Assembly: GCF_003918875.1 (NCBI RefSeq)
Contig: NW_025767186.1
Location: 620,001-684,000, forward strand
Origin: Haliotis rubra
Taxonomy: Eukaryota
DNA length: 64,000 nt
Direction of reading: 5' to 3'
This document shows, piece after piece, positions 28,901 through 40,900 of the stretch (position 1 is the first letter of the stretch; every line of letters begins with the position of its first letter). Under the pieces are notes generated by a model. It saw only the letters and a list, made by a program, of their open reading frames with translations, was not told where the DNA came from and searched no databases. The position numbers and the translations under genes are program-made.

Positions 28901-31900
28901 ATAACACACACCTTAACCAACATTTAACTTTATTCTATTTTCACAAATAATGGAAAATGGCAAAATACCCAATTGAGTTTGAGTGAGGTGGGTATAATTC
29001 ATTTGGTTACTTAAAGGAAAATTAGCATACCAAGCTACTACATAACTCAATGACGCAAAAGTCATCTGTAGCTCTGTTGATCTTTGTTAGACAATGTCAC
29101 ATGTAAAGGAGCCCGACTTATCCATTTATTGTATTTATAAGGTAGCAGGAAACTTCATCTCAGTTAAGAGGCTAACAGATCGAGTATTGGGGTCGCTCGC
29201 TTATCTGAAGTACGGTAATCCGATGTTTTCATAGCAATTCGCTTTGGTGGCACTTCTAGCACAACTTGGGTTTTCGCTTTACCGGGAATAGGGAATATTG
29301 AAATTTCGCTTTCCTGGGCCGACACCGAATGCACATTTTAAAAGAGATGGGTGGTAATGGGTGAAACTGATGGATGTCAGCTTCTATGATATGGGTGACA
29401 CAGACTACAATCTGACTCCTTCGTCAGGGGAAGAATACTTTGAAGCAAATAACTGTATGTGAACTTGACAGTGGACAAAGGGAGGTAACCGAATGGAAGC
29501 CAGTACAAATATCAAATTAATAAGGCCTAAGAGCTAGGAGTGTTCCCTGGTCACCGTTGATAGCTGGTTGGGATCTGACGTCAAGCTTCCTTTGACGCCA
29601 GTTGCTGTTGTTGGCACGCAGGACGTTAGTGCCTTTCTAACATGTTGGTGTGATGTTGGTTCTTGCTGATGTGTTCGAAACTAGCGGATACCTATCCGTG
29701 CTTGATTACTTATAGGAAGTATTTACCCTGGATTAACTCCTGGCTTCCAATTGTCCGTTGCCAATTTCATTCATCACCAAATAACCATAAGCTTCCTTTG
29801 TAAAGTGCCAACCATTGTCTTATCAATGTACTTACATGTACTTACTTTCACTTGTACTTACCAGTATATAGCTTCCTGCATCCTACTTTTCTTCAACGGA
29901 TGAAGGAATGAGAATATACTCCGGAACGGCGTGTCCCTCACGGACACACGGTATTAGTTCTAAATGCCATTCAAAGACTGGATGAGTTTACAGTTTAGAA
30001 CAGATGAGAGTACTTTGTGCAGGAGACAAACTAGAAACAACTGCTATAACATTTGCTTGTCACGGGGTGTCTGTTTGGGAAGGTATACGTGTAGGAGACG
30101 CTTACAGCAGCAGTCTTGTCTGTTGAGGATGACGACGGATGTTATTGTGTAGATCCCCTGCAGGTCTACACGCCACCAGGGGCTGGCCTGGCTGGGATCT
30201 GTGTGACTGCAGTCCGCTGTATCCGTTCCGTTGTTACCGTCATTAGCCTTCATCGCCTCCCCGCCTGCCACCGTGCTGCTCAGCCGGGACGGTTTGCCCA
30301 GAGCCAGGTTACCTGCAGGCAGATTACCTTCAGTACTCTCGGCGTATCTGCATCAGTTGAACTAGTAATACTAAGATGTACGCGTTTACTTTAAAGGTCA
30401 CATGCAACCAAAAAATCAAACATAATTAAAACACAATTATCACTTATTCATGACATATAATATACATTGCTGGTTATGAAAAAACATATAAACAAAATTA
30501 TAAACAAAATTATAAGCGTACAATCGCAAATCAAAAGTGCAATAGTGTACTTGGGTTTACTTCCCTCGAAACGAAGCAGCCGGGATACCGAACCCAGTCA
30601 GAGCGGGTGGGTGTGCACTCAAGTGTAACGGCTGGTTCATTTGCAGATGCCCTCACGGCTCATTGTGTGTGTATATATAGAGATGTTGGGTTTTGTAAAT
30701 ACATGCTCATTTTTGTGTATAACATTTTGCAATCAACAAACATCATAACATGTCATGTGTTCAAGTATCACACCTGCCTGTCTGTGTAATTACATAATGT
30801 AACAGAGACCGAACTCGGGCCATAAATCAATGCATTTTGTTTATGGTGTATAGCCTGATTGGTGTTAAGTTCAAATTGCATGTGGTCAGTGATCGCAGTT
30901 GCGTATTGAATAGTGTCATTAGCAGACAGGCAGGCAGACACACAGGTGTCAATAAAACAAGACATTGAGTTTTGTCTGTGACAACGACATATCTATATCA
31001 CAGTTAGAAATTCTGTCAACGATAAATAATGACACTGCTTTTAAGTATCGAACTGAGAAAGTGACTCGGTAAGAAGAACGTGTGGTGAAATAGACAAATG
31101 AAATTATATAAACAGTTTATTTACTGTCATAACATATAAAAAGCTCGCGCCTGTGAGATATTAAAACAGAACATTAGAAAAATAGCTCACACCAAAGCCT
31201 TCACCGAGTATTCATCCGACATCCCGCTTCCAAGTTGCGCGAACCTATTTCACTGCGCACGTGCTATGAGCGCAGCCCAGCTGTTGAAACCAGTTTTCCC
31301 CCGGAAAGTCGGGGGACAATTAGTGAATCGTTTGAACTCCGATTTCGCGCGGTTTTTTTCATCGCGTTATTTTTCAACTTTATAAGTTGAATTTGCATTT
31401 TTGATGATTTGTTTCGGTAAGTCCATACCAAAAGGTATCAGAATCTGCAAAGTTGTGTTTTACGTTGCATGTGACCTTTAAGTTTGCTTACCTTTGGATT
31501 GGTCAAGTAGGACGGTTTCATTAGATACGGGCCTGGATTCGTTGGATCTCGAGCTTATTGGCTGGGAATGTTCGGAGTTATTAAGCCCCTGACTATTGGG
31601 GTCAGTAGTTGTGGCTTCCGTGGTACGGCGTGGTATTGTCAATGATGGGTAGATCCCAGCAGCAGTTGTGACGTTATCCGAGGTTTGGCTCTGGGTCGTG
31701 ACGTTATCCGAGGTTTGGTTCACTGTTGTAACGTTATCCGAGGTTTGGTTCACTGTTGTGACGTTATCCGAGATTTGGTTCACTGTTGTAACGTTATCCG
31801 AGGTTTGGTTCACTGTTGTGACGTTATCCGAGATTTGGTTCAGTGTTGTGACGTTATCCGAGGTTTGGTTCACTGTTGTGACGTTATCCGAGGTTTGGTT

Positions 31901-34900
31901 CAGTGTTGTGACGTTATCCGAGGTTTGGTTCACTGTTGCGACGTTATCCGAGGTTTGGTTCACTGTTGTGGGAGGTGGACCGACCTCTCCATCGGTTGTC
32001 ACGTTTCCCGGAGAGGTCAATGTTCCTGGCGTGCTGCCTACAGAACACACGGTGTCACATGGTCAGTGGTATCTGAATTAACACCGAGCTACATAAGTGA
32101 CCTTACATCCATACATGCAAGAACATATATGGATACAAAGGTTAAAATACTGTGCTGTGTAGGGGTACACAATGTAGAATATCGTGATATCTTACATACA
32201 CATACGCAGTGTGAGATGTTGCTGCTGCATATAATACTCACTGTGGATCATAGCGTTGTGTTGTGTAAGAATTACCAGGCCGAGTATAGTGGCACGTTAC
32301 ATACAGGAAAATGATGATAAAAACTCATCTCTACCAGATTTTTTAAAAGATGATGTTTGTTTAACCCGATAATCAAAAGATAAAACAGTAAATACCTATA
32401 TAAAGAAGTTGTTAAATTTCTGCATTGGTAATGATATGCACATTGTTAATGGTCGAGGTGGCTCTGATCGTACCAAGGGTGAATATACGCATGTTTCCAA
32501 GAATGGAAGTAGTGTTATCGATTATTTCATTGTTTCATCAAATCTCTTTAATATTGTTTCAGATTTTGCAGTGGACTGTCTGATCATCTTCCAGTGCGTA
32601 TGGAGATGTGTTGTACTATTCCTGGTTATGTACCACCTTATCCTACTGGTGTGACTCATGTACCACCTTATCCTACTGGTGTGACTCATGTACCACCTTA
32701 TCCTACTGGTGTGACTCATGTACCACCTTATCCTACTGGTGTGACTCATGTACCACCTTATCCTACTGGTGTGACTCATGTACCACCTTATCCTACTGGT
32801 GTGACTCATGTACCACCTTATCCTACTGGTGTGACTCATGTACCACCTTATCCTACTGGTGTGACTCATGTACCACCTTATCCTACTGGTGTGACTCATG
32901 TACCACCTTATCCTACTGGTGTGACTCATGTACCACCTTATCCTACTGGTGTGACTCATGTACCACGTTATCCTACTGGTGTGACTCATGTACCACCTTA
33001 TCCTACTGGTGTGACTCATGTACCACGTTATCCTACTGGTGTGACTCATGTACCACCTTATCCTACTGGTGTGACTCATGTACCACCTTATCCTACTGGT
33101 GTGACTCATGTACCACCTTATCCTACTGGTGTGACTCATGTAGTGAGGAGTTTACTTCAATATTGTTTTATAATGTTGAATTATTATTTGATCCATTTTC
33201 AGCTTTCATTGAAAACGGGGAGATAACAGAGGCTGTACATTTGGTTAACAATGCTATACTAGAGCCTGATGAGTCTATGAGAAAACAAATATCGTTTAAA
33301 AAATCACACAACCAGTGTGGTTTGATAACGAATGTAGAGAAGCTAAACAAATTTAGTGTCCAAGTCTGCATAGATTTCGTAGTTCAAATAATAGGGAAGA
33401 TCTTCCTACATATATTAAAAACAAATTACACTGTAAAAAAGAAAATCCACAGGGAAAATGAAAATATAGATGAATTGTTTGAATCTTTTTCTGATAATAC
33501 CGTATTTTGGGAAACTGTGAAAACAATTCAGCCAAAGGAAAAAGCACATCTAATCCCATATCCATGGAAGTTTGGAAAGAACACGTTGAGGATTTATTTA
33601 AAAGTGTAGATTGCAATGACATAAACTATAATAACAACGGTGAGGAAATTGACGACATTTCAGACTTAATCTTAAATGGTAACATAACTGAAGAAGAATT
33701 AAGAAAGGCCATTTCAAACTTAAAGCGAAATAAGTCCCGAGGGAGAGATAACTTATTACCAGAATTCTTCCTTCCCAGTGTAGAAATACTGTCCCCGATG
33801 TTGATTACATTATTTAACAGAATATTAGAAATTGGTCATTTTCCAGATGGATGGTCAAAGTCAATAATTGTTCTATTTACCTCAATAAAATGAAACAGAC
33901 TTAGTATGTGGGTACAGACTTACAATAAAGTAGTGGAATCGCAGGCAGGTTTTAGACAAGGCTATTCTACAATTGACCATGTATTTATTTTAAACGCAGT
34001 TGTTGAGAAATGTACTAAAAAGAAAAATGGTAAATTATATATATTTATAGATTTTAGGAAAGCTTTTGACACTGTTAATTTCCCCAAGATGTGGGAAATA
34101 TTAAATAGAATAGGAGTTAAGGTGTTCAAGGTGATTAGGAGTATCTATACTAACATAGCGGCAAGTGTTAGAAGTGATGTAGCTACTCTGGTATGTTAGA
34201 TTGTTGTAATGGTCTAAGACAAGGATGTACTATGAGTCCTATTATGTCCTCGTTAATCAACCAGCAGAAAATATTGAAACATCAGATTGCGTCGGTATCC
34301 AGATGTTCCCCGATATCATAAAAAAAATTCTACTACTTTTTGCTGATGATGATGTCCTTATCTCTGATATAATAAAAGGCCTACAAAAACAATTAAACCT
34401 TCTGTCAACATTCTCATTAGAAGATGGGCTAACGGTTAATATAGATAATCTAAGATTATGGTGTTTAGGAAAGGGGGGCCGATTGCTAAAAAGAGGAAAT
34501 GATTTTATAACTTAAAAGAACTAGAGATAGTGCCGAAATATAAATATCCTGGTGTTATGCTTACCCCTCAGTTATCCTGGACAACAACAACAAATCAAAG
34601 GGCGTTATATGCAAATAAGACGTTAGGTAGTATAGTTAAATCCATAAAAATATTATCAGCATTGCTTATAAGGTGTTTTTTATAACGTTCGATACAAACG
34701 TGTTACCAATCCTATGTTATAGGGTCACAGAAAATATGAGATGCTGAAAGAATACATATTCAAGCATGTTAGAGATTTATGCAGGTTCCTCAAATTATTA
34801 GGGGAGTGCGGGCAATACCCCGTAGTAGTTTATACATGTAAAAGAACAGTAAAATATTGGTTAAAAGTAAAGAGATTGCCTGATTACAGATATGTTACAA

Positions 34901-37900
34901 CATGTTATAATATACTGCGGGTTAACGGTAACCCTGGTGAGGTAAACTAGTATCTGCCGTAAGATGTCTTTTGTTGTTGTAACGGTTGGGGTGTTGAATG
35001 GGGGAGTTGAGAATATAGAATGTTTCTTGTTTGAATTTGTACAAAGGATGAGAGCTGTTTTTATTACAGAATGGTTTTCCGGCGTAGAAACTTCTTCAAA
35101 AGTATGTACATTTAGGCGTTTTAAATAATATTTGAACCAGAACGATATTTAAATGTTGTAAAGATACAGAGGTATATAATATTATTAGCAAGTTTAAGGT
35201 GTGGAGTTTTACAGTTAGAAGTAGAAACCGGGAGGGCTAACGGTATTATCAGGGAGGAAAGATCTTGTCAACTTTGTAAAAACGGTAAAATAGAAGGTGA
35301 AATGCTCTTTATGTTAGAATGTAAATCTTTTAATAATATTAAACCGAAATACATACCAGAAACATTTCTAAAATTACCAGTAAGACATAATTTTATATCA
35401 CTAATGGCCTCTAATAATGATGGATTATTGGTCAACGCTTGGAAATCTGCACATTCTTTATAAATTTTTAATTTCATCGACTGCTTGACATGGAAATTTA
35501 AGAATTTTCCCAGCAATCAGTTGTAAATGTCTCCTTAACGAGCATCAACCAACCAGAGGGCTTGCTTCGACCACCACCACCTCCCACCACCCCGTTTTGT
35601 GCGGATATATCATCATCCATTTGTGTCAAGATCGTTTAGTTGAGAGTCAAAAGTGGATTCCAATCGACTTGCAGAAATAACAATAAATAATTGGTAGGTG
35701 TCATGAGTGGTGCTCGATAGGCCAATCATCCATAATTATGTTTAATCGATTGCATGCGATGGTAGCGTAGCGATCGGCAAAGCGGGCGGGTGGGGTGCAC
35801 CCAAGTGTCCGGCCTTGTCATGATGTATTGTACTGTGAAGTATTTCGAGTCGGGGGTCATCTCAAATTTTTATATATTCTTTTTAAATCTTTAATCCTCG
35901 CAAAGATACGAGGGACTGTGCTATACCATAGGTAACTAAACTAGTCGTGGCTTACCTTTGTTACATAATCCACACGACATTTTGCAACCATTTCCCACAG
36001 ATCGAGAACAATACTTTTCTTTCTTGATAAGTTCCGAACAGAGTGTCCAGGGCAAGTTGTCACTACAGGTAGCGTCTGAAATCAGGAATAACACAAATGC
36101 TGACACATGTCTACAAGATGTGGTGTGTTGTGCATGGCTTGGTTGTCTTGTTGTGTTGTGGTGTAGCGTGGTGTGACATGTTTTGTGTTGTGGTGCAGTG
36201 TAGTATGACATAGTGTTGTGTGCCATATTGTGTATCTATACCCCTCTACATGTGGTTGTAGTCACTTTCAGCTTGATAACGATGTAAGAATCTACATCGA
36301 AACGTCGCTCTATGCAATAAATAAGAAGTTGTCATCCATAAAGTTGTATGTTTCATTTCTGGCATAGTGTCGTGTGTTGTGGTACAGTATGGAGTTGCAT
36401 GGTGTGATATCGTGTGTGGTTTTGCAGCCTTATTGAGTGTTGTGTTGTATGCTCTGGTGCAGTGTGGCGTGGTGTTGTATATCCAGTTGAAGCTATTGGT
36501 ATGGTTGGGTTGAAGCTATTGGTATGGTTGGGTTGAAGCTATTGGTATATTCAGTTGAAGCTATTGGTATATTCAGTTGAAGCTATTGGTATATTCAGTT
36601 GAAGCTATTGGTATATTCAGTTTATAAACATAACCGAAATATTGCATAAATTTTGTCAATTGAATCAGTTGTAAATTTCAGCTATGTTACACAATGATTG
36701 CGCCACACACAGGTCGAAGAAAAATGTTCCATCCTCAGCTTTGATTCATTGATGACAACACATTTGACGTTGTATGTGACATTTGGCATTTATCATACGC
36801 TGATATTTACTCACGAATCGTCAAATTGCCAACAGACGTTAATGATTATCGTCGATATACTTGGCACTTCTTTGATAGGCGTTGTGGTTTTGTGGGACGT
36901 TGAAATTGACGTGAAGCCACTGTTAACCTGAGCCACTGAGACTTCGTGACAATCTGTCGGTGTCTGAACGAACCCACTCCATATGTTGATACTTACGACA
37001 GACTCCACAAGTCAGTTTACACTGATTGTTGGCGTTTATAGGATCACAGTAACTGCGATTGTCCTTGATGATGTCTGCACACTCCTTCAGGTCATCCTTG
37101 CAGGTGACAGGCTCAGCGGACGTGTCTGAATGTGTTTCTACAAACAAACTCATACATTACCGCAGTCTCATTTATCCAGCTTTCATGATGTTGATACAAA
37201 CGACATACATTATCGTAATCTGAATGTGTTTCTGCAAACAAACTCATATCACCAGAACTGAACTTTATTCACTCAAGCTGCAAACTGAGGCACATAAGTA
37301 ATATTTACATTGCTACAACATAGACGGTATATACAGACGGTATGATAGGTGCAATGTACATCGAGCAGGTTACACATCAAGTTATTGAAATTATTTTTTA
37401 AATAAAGCCATAATTAGTTTACAAAAAATTGAAAGTATTCTTAAAGTTCCTAGCTTATTGGTGTTAAATAGGATATTCATTTTATACATATTTGGTCTAA
37501 TATAATAATACTTCTGAATACATTTTTCTCTTTCTATTTCTAATTTGGGACATATAAATAAATAATGAATTCGTCACCAATATCATTTAGGTTAATTTAG
37601 TTAATCGGCTGCTTAAAATAGATGCGAAAAGTTTTCCAAAACAGCTTAGTAGTGTTATTGGTAGTTTCAGGGGTTTTAGGATCGCCTTTATTTTTATAAA
37701 TTGGTTTGATGATACAAGTTAGCCACTTATCTGGGAAGATACCAGTGTCAAGTACAATGTTAAAAGGTTTACATAAATATCATAATATATCAATCTTAGT
37801 ATTCATTTACAGCATAATCAAAATCAATTCCAGGGGCTTTATTATTTTAAGATTTTTAACACATGATATTATTTCATCATTAGTTTCTTTCAGAGTTAAG

Positions 37901-40900
37901 TATAGTACTATTCCCAGTGTCGACATGAGGAAGGTTATCATCATAATTTAAAGGTGGCTCTTCATTTTGCGATTTAAAAAAGTATAACAATAGAATCAAT
38001 TTGTGGGTAATGTTCTGAGACCGTTTCTGCTTTACATTTTTGTAGTATTTTCCAGAAGGAATGTAGATCATTATTCCGAGGTTGTGATAGTGTTACCTGA
38101 ATGGATTTAGTATGTTTATTAGAAAACTTTACAAGACATTTTTTGTAATGTTTACTGGCATTTTGCAATCGAGATTTATTCTGAGATAATTTACAATTTT
38201 GGGATATCCTTTTCGCTTCAAAGTATTTTCCCAGTGAAAGTTTGCATTGTTTGCCAAACCAAGGTTGATTGGTACGCTTTTTTAAGGATTGTCAACGCGA
38301 TTTATTTTTGCACTTAAAACCAAAAACCTTACCTGCTGTAGAGACAAGCACATTGCTTATGGCATCATTAACATGAGTGATGGAGTGGGTCATCAGAACC
38401 CTCATTAAGAACATTGACAATAGATTGTATAACTAAATCTGATTTACCAACAGCTTCAACGTACTCACTCGCACGTGCTTAGTTCCACCTCCTGATCTCG
38501 GGAGTTTCATTACGTACAATGGGAATGGTATTTTTATTTACAACAAAAGGCTTTGTATAAAAGGATACAGAAACTGGTGACTGAATATCAGAAAACAATT
38601 GTTCAAACTCGTGCACTTTAAAACCAGCGACAGTCTGACAAATAACTGCGCCTGCTATGGCGTAATCAAGCACGCTTGCACCTTTACATGTAACACTACC
38701 TATCCCTTTATCCTCTCCAATCCGACAATTAAGAATATACAAATTGTTATTTTTAAAAAAATCAAGGAGTTTATAACTATGTGAATTTACTTAACATTGT
38801 CTTCATTACATCTATGGATTGGAGTACAGTATGATTGTAGTTTATCGACATCTTTCAGAAAATCACAATTCTAATGAAAGCAGCCTCGTTTTTCCAGCCT
38901 TCATGATGACACAAACAAACATGCATTATGACAACATCTTTTATCCACCTTTCATGTTGCTTAGACAAACAGACACACATTATCGTAATGTCCTTTATTT
39001 AGCTTTCATCGTGATGGCTATTGGTTGCTAGAAAATGAGAAGAAAACCCATATCCAAAACTTCGCTTATGCACCTTTCACAGTACTTACATAATCTAAGC
39101 CTCGTTTATTCAGCGCTTCAAATGTTACAACAAACAGACTTTATCATAAACACATTCTTCCCACATTTATGATGCTTGGACAAACAGATACAAAATACCA
39201 TCCACCGTCAGCATACTTGCTCTGTGTTATACAGATGACGTCACACGATGCTTTTGCTAATCACAGATGACATCATACAATGCCTGTACATGGTCTTGCA
39301 AAGTCAAACACATCCCTACAAGCACACCTATGCACACAATTGCCTTCAATGCAATAACCTATCACGACAATATGGCCTACAGACATTTTGAAAGTGTTCA
39401 GCTGTGTCTACAGACATTGAAGGAAGGCACTGACTACTACTATAGATTTCACAGGAAATGATTGATAACGGGATACTTACCACAAAGGCCACAAGACATT
39501 TTACACTGATTGTTTGTGTTTGTTGAGTTACAGTAACTTCCATTAGACGTAATGAGATCCATACATTCGTCCGGTCCCACCTCGTCACTACACGGGGCAG
39601 AGGTACTCTCTCCACCTGAAGATAATTCAACAAAAACACAACTGTCAAGAAGACATCGAGACTACATCGGAACTTCCAGGACTACGAAACACTGACTCTG
39701 TGATTTGTGCAGCTATTCGTACGTAACACTGGGACAAAAACAGGAATAAACATATATGCAACATGAAGAGAGACAGAAACATTACACCTTGGCATACACA
39801 CAAACAGTGTTTGGTTTGTCACAAGTATCGCCTTGACAGAAATGCAACCTTGACACACATGTAACTAGGACCTGGATAGACAAACAATACAAAACAGACA
39901 TAATTAAAACACAGGGGACAACACATACACAACACTTTCATACGAACCGTTTCCCATACACAGAAAGTAACAGCTGAACAGACACACAAGATAACACATA
40001 CATACACGAAGACCATCTTGACAGACACAAGTACCTACACCTGGACAGAAACAGGTAACATATGGTATGTTTGACTGGCGTCTCAGAAGGCGAGAAGGTC
40101 TATGAAAGATAAGACACTTTCTGGATGACAACGTCTTTGTTATATCATGATGCCACGTTTTGGTTGAGATTCTTATGCCGTTGTCAAAAAGGAGTGAAAT
40201 ATTACCGATGATGATTTGGAGATTTCCGACATAATGCGTATTTCACACACAGAGAAGTACTACAGCACAGAACAAACTTATATATATCATGCAGGAATTG
40301 GAGTGGAGGGGTAGCCCAGTGGTTAAAGCGTTGGCTCGTCACGCTGAAGCCCAGGGTTCGATACCCCACATGGGTACAATGTGGGAAGCCCATTTCTGGT
40401 GTCCCCCGCCGTGATATTGCTGGAATATTGCTAAAAACGGCGAAACATTTATTTCACACACTCACTCAAACAGGAATTAACCAAAACAACATGATGATAG
40501 GCACGAAGGGGATTTAAAACAACAGCAATAACAACAACAAAGGGTATTGGCAAGTAAGTACAGTAACTAGTGGAGGAAGTCAACTGTACGTGAGGCGGAA
40601 CAAAATATACACAGCTAATGAGATCTATAAGGAATGGTGGTTGCAGTGCTCTATTGTTTCAACAGTTGATTGTAAGCGGATGGGATGAGACATCATTAGT
40701 CTATGTTAATAGAGGACTTGTGTTGACGGATTTGAACTGCGTCAGTAGGTTTTCTTTAGTGACCTTTTTTACAGTATTTTTACTTTGTCCTGCTTGATGT
40801 TGTTGTTGGGGCAGTTGATGATGTGGTCTTGAATGGCTGATTTGGTGAAAGATATAAACTGTTCTTTGATACTGACATTTCTATCTACATCGAACTCGCC

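Noticed and set aside
32522-33226. Repetitive ORFs ([10 protein letters not shown])n and ([10 protein letters not shown])n
   Set aside because: A VNTR inside a dead LINE, with no splice signals fitting the gene.
39346-39648. ORF-track protein [13 protein letters not shown]... (also at 41906 and 44775)
   Set aside because: Wrong frame; the phase-1 frame encodes the ShK-A domain.
40300-40375. tRNA gene (also at 43147)
   Set aside because: A and B boxes are present, but the sequence continues into a SINE body with an (ACTC)n tail and TSD, and there is no proper acceptor stem.
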